In this document: positions 8,492 to 18,268 of the stretch, in pieces | How the letters are laid out: each line of letters starts with the position of its first letter | How positions within the stretch are numbered: the first letter of the stretch is position 1 | Assembly (NCBI GenBank): GCA_016839445.1 | Contig: JAEOUG010000141.1 | Span: forward strand, 1 to 45,578 | Length of the DNA: 45,578 nucleotides | Direction of reading: 5' to 3' | Source: Candidatus Thorarchaeota archaeon | GTDB taxonomy: Archaea > Asgardarchaeota > Thorarchaeia > Thorarchaeales > Thorarchaeaceae | The notes under the pieces: model-generated | What the model was told of the DNA's origin: nothing | Database searches by the model: none | Seen by the model: the letters and a program-made list of their open reading frames with translations, nothing else | Translations under genes and position numbers: made by a program

Positions 8492-10111
8492 ATGTTACAG
8501 TACCGAGAGTTCCCGTTGAGGACTGCTGCCGTTCTCGTGCTCTTCTCTGCACCGGTTTCGCTCTGCATCTACATAATCACTGGGCTCGTGTCCGGAACAC
8601 TTCTTGGCCTCAGCCTTCCGGAGCACCATGGACTCTTGGGAATCGGTGCATTGGCTGCGACCGTAGTGCTGCCTATCACAGGACTCATTGTTGATCGAAT
8701 GCGGTTCCACGACCACCTCTTGCTGCTGTCGTCTCTCTTGCCAGCGACGGGTGTTCTCCTGAGGCTCTTCCCTGTCTTGCCTGCTAGCGAAGACCAATTG
8801 AACCTGATACTTGCAGTCTTCGTCTTCTCTGGGCTTGCCGCTTCTGCAGTGCTCTGGACTATCCGGGCCAATCAGAGTGTAGTTGCTCGCTACAGAGGGA
8901 GGACCGTTGCCCTGTTTGTGGCGCTCGTTTTGGTTCTGCTTGGAGTATTCACCTCACTTCCCCAACTTGGTGTCGTTCTCAATGGGGACATCCTTGTGAT
9001 TCCCGCCTTCATATCTCTCTTCGCAGTCCTGCTTGCTGCTGCATTCCGTCCGTGGAAGTTCAGCAGAGCTTCTTTCGGAGCGGCGGGCAGTGCCGGTCTC
9101 TACTTCGTTCCGATGGTGTTCGTCCTTGCGGCGCACATGCTCTGGTACTTCGTAACGAAGACCTCAATAGGGGACTTCTTTGCCGGAGACTCCGCATTCG
9201 AGTCATTGACTCAGTTCACCGGGCTTGAATTCGGGCAGTTGATGCCATTGGCAATCGGTGCCATTGTGAGCGCCGTGTCTGCAGACATCCGGGGCCGGAA
9301 AGCTTCTTTCAGCACACTGCTCTTCATGATGGGCCTCTTGACCATCTTCGGGTCGGCTGTGTATCAGACATACTTCGAGCTAACGGATGTTACTCATACG
9401 ACTTGGACTGTCCTTCTTGTAAGCCTCGTTCTGAGTGAGCGTTTCATCGAGGGCTACATGCTTGGCCTGTGTCTCTTCCTTATCTGGCCTGAGATTGGTT
9501 CTGCGCGAAGCAAAGGTCTTCGACTCTCGCTGATCTGGTTCTTCTTCTTGGGATACATGACGCTGTTCTGGGCGGTGGACCTAAACGCCACGGTCTTTGG
9601 GCTGGACTTCCACTTCCCGTCGGTGCTGAGAAGTTTCGGTGGTGAATTCGCCATTCTCTTCTCTCTGATTGGCCTGTATCTGATAGGTCCGTTGCCAGAA
9701 GTCCTAGGCCGCGAGATTGAGATGGAAGATCTCTCTCTTGAATTCGATGAGCGACAGGTCCGAAAGACAGTTGATGCGTTCGTGGGCGCAGATGACTTCG
9801 AGTCCATCAGGAGCCAGCTTGATATCATCGATGCTGGGCAAGAGATCAGCGATAGCGACATGAGTGAGATTCTTGGAGAGGACTCGAAGGACAAGCTGCA
9901 GCTGCGGAGGATCCCCGGGATTGGCGAGGCTCTCGAGAAGAAGATCCGAGCGGCTGGTTATGAATCGGCTGCGCAGCTTGCTGGTGAAACCGCGCAGCGG
10001 CTCGCTCAGAAGGTGGATGGACTTAGCACGGCAAAGGCTGAGGCGATACTGAAGGAGGCCCGGAAAATCGTCAAGAAGACCATCAAGAAGAACAAGCGCG
10101 GAGCGTCCTAG
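8492..10111 (+). CDS. MFS-like polytopic membrane protein with C-terminal helix-hairpin-helix (RadA-N-like) domain
   Basis: About 12 hydrophobic segments with MFS motif A-like GLIVDRMR and SADIRGRK; acidic linker; LRRIPGIGEALEKKIRAAGY...VDGLSTAKAEAILKEARK (HhH)2; Lys-rich tail. Confidence 0.75.
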   Translation: MLQYREFPLRTAAVLVLFSAPVSLCIYIITGLVSGTLLGLSLPEHHGLLGIGALAATVVLPITGLIVDRMRFHDHLLLLSSLLPATGVLLRLFPVLPASEDQLNLILAVFVFSGLAASAVLWTIRANQSVVARYRGRTVALFVALVLVLLGVFTSLPQLGVVLNGDILVIPAFISLFAVLLAAAFRPWKFSRASFGAAGSAGLYFVPMVFVLAAHMLWYFVTKTSIGDFFAGDSAFESLTQFTGLEFGQLMPLAIGAIVSAVSADIRGRKASFSTLLFMMGLLTIFGSAVYQTYFELTDVTHTTWTVLLVSLVLSERFIEGYMLGLCLFLIWPEIGSARSKGLRLSLIWFFFLGYMTLFWAVDLNATVFGLDFHFPSVLRSFGGEFAILFSLIGLYLIGPLPEVLGREIEMEDLSLEFDERQVRKTVDAFVGADDFESIRSQLDIIDAGQEISDSDMSEILGEDSKDKLQLRRIPGIGEALEKKIRAAGYESAAQLAGETAQRLAQKVDGLSTAKAEAILKEARKIVKKTIKKNKRGAS

Positions 10112-10965
10112 CGTGGCTTCTCCTGCAGTGATGTCTTCTCAATGATAGTCCCATCAGTGGCATGAGGCGACCTATAGAGGGTGTCGTTGTACTTCTCAAT
10201 CTCACGTGCTTCGTCTGCTAGTCTTGCAGCGGCTCGCATCATTTCATGACCCGATGCTGCAAGCAGTGTGTATTCCTTTGGGTCGGAGGCTCGGAAGCAG
10301 GCCATAGATGTCACATGTGCTACTTGCTCCGCTATGGCGAGTGCGGCGTACGCTTTGGCCCTTGCATAGGGATTAGCTAGAGTGGCGTACTCAAGACTCG
10401 TCTTGACATCAATGATGACTCTTGGCAGTGTTGTTTCCTTGCCTTCTGCTATGCTGGCGACAACCTTGTCAATCTCGGAGTGAATTCCTCTGACCACGCC
10501 GCAGATGGCGAGGACTTTCATGGCATCTGTGTTGAATAGGACCATCTCGGTCGAATCAAGGAACTCTCTTCGAGCACCTATCATGGGATCCGGCGTGACG
10601 ATGATGAATCCTTGACGTGGGTGCAGGTTGGACTCCTCAGATTCTTTCCCCTTCTGAACGAATGCTTTCTTCGATGGCGCATCGGAGATTGAAATGCTCG
10701 GAATGTCTGTGTCTTCAAGCGCCTTTCTTACAGTTGCAGGGCCTTCCAGACTCGCGTTTGGGCTGACTATAAGAAGCAGGTCCGGAGAGTAGGATCTCGC
10801 TTCGTCAAGGACCCGCATACAAGAGGCTGTGTCCATCTTCGCCCCAGTCGACCAAGTAGTGATTTCTATTTGCCTCTCCGCTCTCTCATCAAGAGTGTAT
10901 TCGAGAAGTGGTGATGATGCAATGCATCCTATCTTGAGAACGCCAATGCGTGGCAGCTTGCCCAT
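10108..10965 (-). CDS. mtd: F420-dependent methylene-tetrahydromethanopterin dehydrogenase
   Basis: IGVLKIGCIAS...LDERAER, GAKM, SPNASLEGP, DPMIGARREFLD..EM..FN.D, NPYARAKA, HEMMRAAARLADEAREIEK are Mtd signatures. Start set at ATG 10965. Confidence 0.93.
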   Translation of the reverse strand: MGKLPRIGVLKIGCIASSPLLEYTLDERAERQIEITTWSTGAKMDTASCMRVLDEARSYSPDLLLIVSPNASLEGPATVRKALEDTDIPSISISDAPSKKAFVQKGKESEESNLHPRQGFIIVTPDPMIGARREFLDSTEMVLFNTDAMKVLAICGVVRGIHSEIDKVVASIAEGKETTLPRVIIDVKTSLEYATLANPYARAKAYAALAIAEQVAHVTSMACFRASDPKEYTLLAASGHEMMRAAARLADEAREIEKYNDTLYRSPHATDGTIIEKTSLQEKPR

Positions 10966-11028
10966 ATTCGCTCGCCTCGAATCTCGAGGGAGTGGGTGTG
11001 CAACTGACAAAACTCTTGTGGTTTTCGC

Positions 11029-11943
11029 TCAACGTCTGAAGTGGAATGAGAGACCCGTCCCCGCTAATAGGTCCGCTCCGTCAAGCTGTTTTCCACAGGT
11101 CGCGCATCTGAATACGATCTTAGGATCATTAGAGGCAGTACCACATTTGTTGCACAGGGGCTCAACATCAATGACCGAGAGCTCGCTGACCTTCACTGGT
11201 GTCTTGCAGTGAATACATGTCACCTCAGAAAGATCATCCACAATGACTGCGTGGAACTGAGTGCTGCACCTAGGACAGAAGACGTTGAAGACTTTGTGCA
11301 GGTCCTCCGACTGGCATCTTGGACATAGCAGTTCTATTGTGACATTCGAGTCTCCGCATTGGCGGCACTCAAGACTTCGGCCGTAGGTCTTTGATATCAG
11401 CACACCGGCATCTTCAAGATCGTGGAGAAGTCTGGCTACCTCCTCGTCATCAGTCCCTAGGAAATCCCTTGCAGCGGGGTATCTGTGCGAGGTCCTCAGA
11501 ACATGCTCTGGTCTTACGGAATCTATCCGACCCGTAACGAGTTCCTCGACTAGCTTCTTAACTCCTGGATTTGCTAGGAGCTCATCGCCACTGGTTTCCT
11601 TCATTAATTCATGAAGAAGTCTGAATGACTTCGCAAGTTCGTCGTCCCAGGAATCTGCATCGAAATCAATGTGAGGAACAAGCCTGCGGAGGTTTCTCTC
11701 GACAACGCTCGCCTCCTCCTGTTCTTCGACAAGTACTGCAACGCAAGCAGGGGATCTCATGTAGGAAATGACAAGGCCCTGCTGAAGCTTCGAGTAGCCT
11801 ATCTCTGATTCCTGATTCACTCCGTGGCCCATGAAGACCGTAACTGCTTCTTCAGAAGTGAGGGGAGTTGCCTCTGGATATGACCGACCAACCATTGGTC
11901 CAAGGTTGTCGTCCCACCAAATCGAGAATATCGCCTTCGGCAC
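11029..11943 (-). CDS. Longin/uDENN-like domain fused to TackOD1-like (wHTH + multi-Zn-ribbon) domain
   Basis: N-terminal IFSIWWDDNLGPMVGRSYP (DxxxGP...YP). Then LHDLEDAGVL followed by six CxxC motifs spaced as in Thaumarchaeal output domain 1. Confidence 0.65.
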   Translation of the reverse strand: MPKAIFSIWWDDNLGPMVGRSYPEATPLTSEEAVTVFMGHGVNQESEIGYSKLQQGLVISYMRSPACVAVLVEEQEEASVVERNLRRLVPHIDFDADSWDDELAKSFRLLHELMKETSGDELLANPGVKKLVEELVTGRIDSVRPEHVLRTSHRYPAARDFLGTDDEEVARLLHDLEDAGVLISKTYGRSLECRQCGDSNVTIELLCPRCQSEDLHKVFNVFCPRCSTQFHAVIVDDLSEVTCIHCKTPVKVSELSVIDVEPLCNKCGTASNDPKIVFRCATCGKQLDGADLLAGTGLSFHFRR

Positions 11944-12144
11944 TGCAATAGGTCCCCTGATTTGACCACCGTCTATGGATACAAGTGGACTTGCGCGCTT
12001 GAGTGGAAGTCATTCCGACTTATTTGCATATCCTGCACAGACCCTGTCTGAACTGATACAACCAGCTCTCCACCGAAGACTATAAAACCGAACCTCCAAG
12101 TTCGAGCCCCACACGTCTTGATAGACACAAGAAGGTATCCAGTT

Positions 12145-13911
12145 ATGGCTCATCTGATTCGTAGAAGATCGATACTTGTACTCGCGATATCCTGGTTGAT
12201 TCTGTTGCCGGTGCTTGGCGCTCCAAATCAGAGCGCACTCGATATTGCCCCAGTCTCGATCAGTGAGCCTGCGGCACCTACCATCACTGGCCCTTCCTAC
12301 TATGAGTTCGAAAATGGTAGCCGAGGTCATACTCTCGTCTACAACGCGACCGATTCTGATCCGAAGAACTACACAGTAACGAGAGACGGATCCAGATATG
12401 ACTCCGGCTTGTGGGGCGGCGGAGATATCACCGTCTATCTTGTCTACCTGTACACCCGGAACCTGATTGACGTACTTCCTAAGACGTTCAATTTCACAAT
12501 CACAGTCTTCAACGACGACGACGAGTCGGCTTCCATCAATACTACAGTGTATGTGTACGAGGACATCCGGCCTCCACAGATTGTGCAGCCTGCCAATATG
12601 ACTTACGAGGAGGGCTCGTTTGGCCATGAGATCTTCTGGCAAATCGATGAGTCGAATCCAGCGTTCTACAATATCTCACGGGTTTCGAATGAGCCATCAG
12701 GCAATGCCACTACTCTCGTGAGCGGCACCTGGGATGGGAACAACATCACTTATGGAGTAGACGGACTGAATGCATCACGATGGTACCTCTACACACTCTT
12801 CGTCAATGACACCCTCGGAAGGAATGCGACAAGCACTGTGAATGTCACTGTGTTTCCAGACCTGTCGTTTCCGAACGTGACTAGTCCTGATGACATCTCC
12901 TTCGAGTTTGGTGCTGAAGGGTACAGCATCGTCTGGCATGCCTATGACAGCAACCCGAAGAACTACAGTGTGACTGCAGTCATCCTCTACAACGACACAA
13001 GCTACGGGAACGTGTCAGCTCTGCGTCCTTGGGTGGATGTCATTGAATCGGACTGGACATTCACGGATCCAGCGGGGCAGGACATCGAGATTATTCTGGA
13101 CGGCCTCTTCCTTGGCAATTACTCGGTTACGCTCTCCGTCTTCGACATATATGATCGAGAAACGAACGACACAGTAGAGGTCAACATCTACAAGGACCTA
13201 CGCGCCCCTGTGATTACGACCTCCGGAGACTTGGTCTACGAAGAGGGATACACAGGGAATGTGATTGAGTGGTCTGCCGATGAGAGCAATCCGGTCTTCC
13301 TCAACCTCACGCTGAACGATGTAGAAATTCTTGCCAACGGGACATGGAGAGGTGAGAACTACTCCCTCGACGTGGATGGACTAGACGTTGGTGTCTATCT
13401 CTACAACATGACCTTCAGGGACTACTTCAACCAGACATCCTGGGCCGTCATTCAGGTGGAGGTCACACCGGATGCCCACTTGCCGACCATTGCGCAGGTT
13501 GTAATCATCCAGTCCTTCAACAAGATCACGACAAACAACCTCACGCTCCAGGCATATGTGTGGGACATCAACAACATATCAAGCATCGAAGTGCAGTGGG
13601 GCGTAGGAAACCCTGAGTCGGAGGACTTCGAATACAGCACCATGAACATGACATCAGCATCGATTCAGGACTTCTTCACGGCAGAGCTTGGAGAGTACCG
13701 GCTGAATCAGGTAGTGTGGTTCAGACTGAACGCCACAGACAATTCATCAGTCATGAATCAGAATCTGACCAATTGGACTAGTGTAGTCGTTGTTAGGCAA
13801 AGCTACGTTGGGATTCCAGCAGCACTCTACGGCTTCGTGGCGCTAATGGGCGGGTTGTCCTTCCTAGTAATCTTGGTGCTATATTTCAGAACGAGGACGC
13901 GAGGCAAGTAG
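12145..13911 (+). CDS. Membrane-anchored cell-surface glycoprotein with tandem Ig-like repeats
   Basis: RRR + hydrophobic signal peptide; four ~85-115 aa repeats (P.I..P....(Y/F)E.G..G....W...(D/E)SNP..Y); many N-x-S/T sequons; C-terminal TM + basic tail. Confidence 0.85.
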   Translation: MAHLIRRRSILVLAISWLILLPVLGAPNQSALDIAPVSISEPAAPTITGPSYYEFENGSRGHTLVYNATDSDPKNYTVTRDGSRYDSGLWGGGDITVYLVYLYTRNLIDVLPKTFNFTITVFNDDDESASINTTVYVYEDIRPPQIVQPANMTYEEGSFGHEIFWQIDESNPAFYNISRVSNEPSGNATTLVSGTWDGNNITYGVDGLNASRWYLYTLFVNDTLGRNATSTVNVTVFPDLSFPNVTSPDDISFEFGAEGYSIVWHAYDSNPKNYSVTAVILYNDTSYGNVSALRPWVDVIESDWTFTDPAGQDIEIILDGLFLGNYSVTLSVFDIYDRETNDTVEVNIYKDLRAPVITTSGDLVYEEGYTGNVIEWSADESNPVFLNLTLNDVEILANGTWRGENYSLDVDGLDVGVYLYNMTFRDYFNQTSWAVIQVEVTPDAHLPTIAQVVIIQSFNKITTNNLTLQAYVWDINNISSIEVQWGVGNPESEDFEYSTMNMTSASIQDFFTAELGEYRLNQVVWFRLNATDNSSVMNQNLTNWTSVVVVRQSYVGIPAALYGFVALMGGLSFLVILVLYFRTRTRGK

Positions 13912-13917
13912 GGTTCG

Positions 13918-14433
13918 CTAGAGCAGCATCTCGAGGACCATCTCTGGAATGTTTCCTCGGTTATGTTGAGTGATCTCGATCACCTTCACGTCAGGTCTTG
14001 CCCTTATTGCATCCAAGAAGGGGTCTCCTCGCATCTGGATTGTTCCTAATACACAACCGCTGTCTAGGCATCTGACGATTTCGGCTCTGAACGCAGAGGA
14101 GAAGAGCTCCATCTTCGCGATCTCGTCAACTAGGACTACGAGCCCCCTTTCGCGCGCTGATCGCATGGACGGCACGGCGACCCTCTCAATGTCGCCGACA
14201 TTCACCTTGTACTTTCCGACTCGGGGACCTTCTACCAGAGAAGAGTGTGCCAAGACTCCGCTTGCCCCATCAATCGTCTGAATACTGAAGCCCACTCTTC
14301 TCCCGTGCTCTCGGATTTCCGATGACCAGAATCCTCCGAGATCTGATGGATCTAGGTTCCCTGCTATGCACTGAATTGCAGTCGTCTTGCCTATTCCTGG
14401 CTTGCCCGTAAGTAGTATGTTGGCAGCCACCAA
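13918..14433 (-). CDS. NTPase_1 (THEP1/C1orf57-like) nucleoside triphosphatase
   Basis: LLTGKPGIGKTT, GGF.S.EIRE.GRRVGF, RVGKYKVN, VDEIAKMEL. Confidence 0.92.
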   Translation of the reverse strand: MVAANILLTGKPGIGKTTAIQCIAGNLDPSDLGGFWSSEIREHGRRVGFSIQTIDGASGVLAHSSLVEGPRVGKYKVNVGDIERVAVPSMRSARERGLVVLVDEIAKMELFSSAFRAEIVRCLDSGCVLGTIQMRGDPFLDAIRARPDVKVIEITQHNRGNIPEMVLEMLL

Positions 14434-14453
14434 AAGACCTCCTCGCCGGACGC

Positions 14454-15521
14454 TCAGTGTTTTGGTTTCATCCCGTAGTACTTGTACCTCTTCGATCTCG
14501 CAACATTCTGTATCGTGCCTAGGGACTTGGGATCAGTAAGCTCGGCCTCGATGCGCCCTTCCTGCACCGCTTCCTGTAGCACTTGCTCACCGGCAACTGT
14601 CCTCACGATGACCGTTGTGAATCCTTCTTCGGACCCAATATTGCCACATGACAGGTCTGCGTTCATGCTCGTCAGGTCGTGGCAGTAGGCGCACGAAGTC
14701 GAGGCGGCGGAGTCCAGTTCGGAGACCGGCCACTCATGCTCGGTCTTGGGAGTCCTGACCCTGAACTTCCCTCCAGATATCTCAAATCGTGAAATCTCGT
14801 CAATGTCCACCTCTTGGCTCTTCAACCACGCCTTAAGCTTGGGGTACTCGAAAGACTCCATGCAGAAGAGTCCAATAGAGAAGACTGACCGCCTTCGATC
14901 CACACTCAGGTAGCCAGCAGGATGCTGTTTCATTCGTTCAACTGCGTCGATGTCACACGAGGTTCCCACAACCGCCACTGACAGAGCCCCGTTCTTGAAG
15001 CCCTCCATCATCTTTCCGACGACAGAAGCATGGGAGTAGATGGTGCCCCCGCAGTCGGACAATAGCTTCGCATCTTCCACGAGACGCGCCTCGGGCATCC
15101 ATGGCTTTGAGTCACCTCGGCAAGCCACAACAGCAGCGTCAATGAGGTCGTGGTCGAGCATGTATCCAAGCAGGGCGGTCACCACGCCTCCGTCCTGTTT
15201 CCGGTGTTCTCCTGTTGATCTTGCCTTCCAGATGCTCCTGAAGTGGCCCGCAACATCAGTCCACAGTGGATAGGTCCGAGGACACATTGCGTAGCAGACG
15301 CCGCAGGAGGTGCAGTTCCCAGTGAGTGTGGGTACATACTTGCCAGAACTCAGATCCCCTGTAAGTGCATCAGCGGGGCAAGACTCAACACATGAGCCAC
15401 ACTCCACACATACCCCCGGCTGAATGATGTCCTTTTCCAGCTTCTTGAATGCGTATCGCTTAGTGTTTTCTTTCAGCCATCGCTGGGCCCTATCCATAGT
15501 GACTTGATGTCGTTCTGACAA
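14454..15521 (-). CDS. Coenzyme F420 hydrogenase/dehydrogenase beta-subunit family protein (FrhB/FdhB-like) with N-terminal 2x[4Fe-4S]
   Basis: CVECGSCVESCP and CTSCGVCYAMCP, QDGGVVTALL, VVGTSC, IGLFCMESF, CAYCHD, ADLSCGNIGS. Probable TTG start at 15521 after GGTGA. Confidence 0.92.
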   Translation of the reverse strand: MSERHQVTMDRAQRWLKENTKRYAFKKLEKDIIQPGVCVECGSCVESCPADALTGDLSSGKYVPTLTGNCTSCGVCYAMCPRTYPLWTDVAGHFRSIWKARSTGEHRKQDGGVVTALLGYMLDHDLIDAAVVACRGDSKPWMPEARLVEDAKLLSDCGGTIYSHASVVGKMMEGFKNGALSVAVVGTSCDIDAVERMKQHPAGYLSVDRRRSVFSIGLFCMESFEYPKLKAWLKSQEVDIDEISRFEISGGKFRVRTPKTEHEWPVSELDSAASTSCAYCHDLTSMNADLSCGNIGSEEGFTTVIVRTVAGEQVLQEAVQEGRIEAELTDPKSLGTIQNVARSKRYKYYGMKPKH

Positions 15522-15637
15522 TCCTTGTTCACCCTGCTGAGAAGACGACTCCCGATTCAGTATATGTCTATGCCGGAACACCCAAAAGCGACATGGCAGA
15601 GCGGTCGCTGAGCAGATAGATAACGGAGATGTCGTAG

Positions 15638-16357
15638 GTGAAACTTACAGATGACCAGGTCAGCGCGCTTCTCGAGGCAAGTGAGAGGCAAGTGTGTGCA
15701 ACGGACGAATGCTGTGTGCAACTAGTCGCGATTGCAGATCTTCCTAGCAGGTTTGGCGAGTTCCAGATTTGCGGATTCGTTAGTCCGTGTGACGGCAAGG
15801 AACACACTGCCATCATGAAGGGCGACATAGTCAACAAGGAGTCTGTTCTGGTAAGAGTCCATTCTGAGTGTCTCACAGGCGATGTAATGGGGAGCAAGAG
15901 GTGTGACTGTCGCGACCAGTTGCTTGAGTCACTGAAAAGGATTGAGGCTGAGGGCGAAGGTGTTCTCCTCTATCTGAGACAAGAGGGTCGCAATATCGGC
16001 CTTACGGAGAAGATCCGCGCATATTCGCTGCAGGACCACGGCCTTGACACGGTAGAAGCCAACATTCACCTCGGCTGGAAGCCAGACGAACGCGACTATG
16101 GGATTGCGGCCAATATTCTGAAGAACCTCATGGTGAAATCGATCCGGATCCTCACCAACAACCCTGAGAAGGTGGTTCAGCTCAGAAACGCGGGGATCGA
16201 GATTGTTGAACGCGTCCCACTCATCATGGAGCCCACCGAGTACAGCAGAGCATACCTAGAGACGAAAGCGAAGAAGTCGGGACACCTCTTCGGAGAGTTG
16301 GCTGACTTGAGAGACGTTGACACTGTCTCGAAGATTGGCGAGAATCTGATGGAGTAG
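15638..16357 (+). CDS. ribA: GTP cyclohydrolase II
   Basis: VRVHSECLTGD..GS.RCDC, YLRQEGR.IGL..KI.AY.LQD.G.DTVEAN, LTNNPEK, YL..K..K.GH. Confidence 0.96.
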   Translation: MKLTDDQVSALLEASERQVCATDECCVQLVAIADLPSRFGEFQICGFVSPCDGKEHTAIMKGDIVNKESVLVRVHSECLTGDVMGSKRCDCRDQLLESLKRIEAEGEGVLLYLRQEGRNIGLTEKIRAYSLQDHGLDTVEANIHLGWKPDERDYGIAANILKNLMVKSIRILTNNPEKVVQLRNAGIEIVERVPLIMEPTEYSRAYLETKAKKSGHLFGELADLRDVDTVSKIGENLME

Positions 16358-16372
16358 GCACTTGCCTGGTGT

Positions 16373-18268
16373 CTATGTACTTGCCTTTCCTGACGGCGTC
16401 TTCAGAGACGCGACGTGCTTCTTCAATTCATCTTCTGAGTTGTCGGCAGTCAGAAAGAGTGGGACATTGTCAAGCCCCATCGCAATGTAGCTGGACAGCA
16501 GCCACGACCCGGGCGGAAACTCCAACGTCTTGTCCAAGATGCCTATGTCAATCTGGAATGAGCTACTCACCACAGTCCTGTCATAGGGTCTAGGTAGCGT
16601 TCCCACGAAGAAGGTGTGTAGCTGCTGAAGCACGTTGGTGTTGAGATACGCAATTCGTTGAGTGGCAATTGCCCCGCCGAGGCCGTACTTCCGTCCCTGT
16701 CTTAGGAGACGCTCTACTGCATAGCTACATCTCTCTGTCAAGCCGCTTGCCTTACTGGGGATGAACTCCTGCGCCTCGTCGAACACGAACAGGATCTGAG
16801 GCTTAATCTCGAACTTCCTCTTCCTGTACTTCAGTGCTGCAGAGGTGAGTTTCACCACGAGTTCGCGAAGGGTGTCAGGATCCGCCATGGAGAGGCATAT
16901 CAATCGCTCCTTCCCCGACAGCATCTTGAGCATGTCCGAGACTGTGACGCCCTTCGTTGTTGCCTTCTGCGCTCGGGCGAGGCTGCGCTTGAGGCTATCG
17001 CGAGTTGTCGCCCATGCGTAGACACCTGAACTAGAATGGACGTTGAAGGTTTCAACAGCCTTCTTTGCGGCCGCCGCGAACTGGGTGATGAACGGATCGT
17101 CAAGCACGTCTGAGGCCGGCTTTCCCTCCTTTTCCATCCAATCGACGACAAAGCTCTCTGCCTCCTCGATGGCTTGGATGTAGTGGGGTTTGTCAAGACC
17201 CTGGCCAGTCTTCAGGTCTCGAATCTCCTCGAGCAGACTCCCGAACGTAGGAATCTGTGTCAGTGGCTGATTGTAGTACGTGACGTGCCCATCGTTGTAT
17301 AGGTCCTTCAGGACATTGTTGGCCTTGTCATCGTCCTCGAAGTCGCGCGGCTTCACGATGGACCTTGCGAACTGGTCTGCGGAAGTCGCCTCCTCTTCTA
17401 GAATCACCTTGCTGGGTATCTTAGGGTCGCTGATTACATCTGAGAGCAAGAATGGATACTCACAGCTGATGTCGAATATCACGATCTTGCTGTCCTTCGT
17501 GTGATACAGGATTCGTCTGAAGAGGTTTGAGAGTAGGTTGCTCTTACCCCCGCCTGTGAAGGAGAAGACTCCGAAGTGGTATCGTATGAGCTTGTGCAGG
17601 TCAACGTAGACCGGAACCTGCTCTTCTGACTCCATGAACATGCGCAATATACCCACCCTGGGGTCTTTCTTCGGATCTGCAACTGACGGAGTCTTGTCGA
17701 AGCCTATGGACTTCTTCACCTTCGAGTTGTAGATGCTGTCAACTGTCTGCATGTTGATGACCTGGACTTGCTCTCCAACAAGGGGGTACGAGAATCCCTT
17801 CCTGAATTCAATCTCTCCCTTGGCATTGATGACGAGGTCATAGTTGATTGGCACGGCAGTCATCTGCACCATCATGGTCGCTTGGTCGTCTGTGCCCCAG
17901 TCTGGCACTGACTGCTCTATGATCTCCATCTGTAAGGGATAGTAGTGGCTGTCGCTCACACCACCGAGACCGTAATGCTGTGGCCAGACTTTGGAGATGA
18001 CCATCACTGTGAATCTCTCTATCTTCTCCCTTGTAGACCTCTTCGATTGTCCACGGAAGTTCTTGACAGCAACAAGCATACCCTCCTCGAGCTGTGCCAT
18101 GAGTTCCCGGTTGTACTTGATCTTGATTCTGCAGTCGTATCTTGCGGCTGAACCTGCCCACTCACTTGTGTAGTTGGCAGCAACAGGGACCACTCTGGCC
18201 AGTCTGCCTTCGAATGCTCCATCGAAATCTGTGAATAGCTTCTCACGATAGTCTTCTCGATTGCTCAA
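16373..18268 (-). CDS. HerA-family (FtsK/HerA) ATPase
   Basis: HFGVFSFTGGGKSN Walker A, IVIFD, FVFDEAQEF Walker B, RQGRKYGLG..IATQR. GGAGGT SD before TTG at 18268; overlaps the nurA-like stop. Confidence 0.88.
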   Translation of the reverse strand: MSNREDYREKLFTDFDGAFEGRLARVVPVAANYTSEWAGSAARYDCRIKIKYNRELMAQLEEGMLVAVKNFRGQSKRSTREKIERFTVMVISKVWPQHYGLGGVSDSHYYPLQMEIIEQSVPDWGTDDQATMMVQMTAVPINYDLVINAKGEIEFRKGFSYPLVGEQVQVINMQTVDSIYNSKVKKSIGFDKTPSVADPKKDPRVGILRMFMESEEQVPVYVDLHKLIRYHFGVFSFTGGGKSNLLSNLFRRILYHTKDSKIVIFDISCEYPFLLSDVISDPKIPSKVILEEEATSADQFARSIVKPRDFEDDDKANNVLKDLYNDGHVTYYNQPLTQIPTFGSLLEEIRDLKTGQGLDKPHYIQAIEEAESFVVDWMEKEGKPASDVLDDPFITQFAAAAKKAVETFNVHSSSGVYAWATTRDSLKRSLARAQKATTKGVTVSDMLKMLSGKERLICLSMADPDTLRELVVKLTSAALKYRKRKFEIKPQILFVFDEAQEFIPSKASGLTERCSYAVERLLRQGRKYGLGGAIATQRIAYLNTNVLQQLHTFFVGTLPRPYDRTVVSSSFQIDIGILDKTLEFPPGSWLLSSYIAMGLDNVPLFLTADNSEDELKKHVASLKTPSGKAST

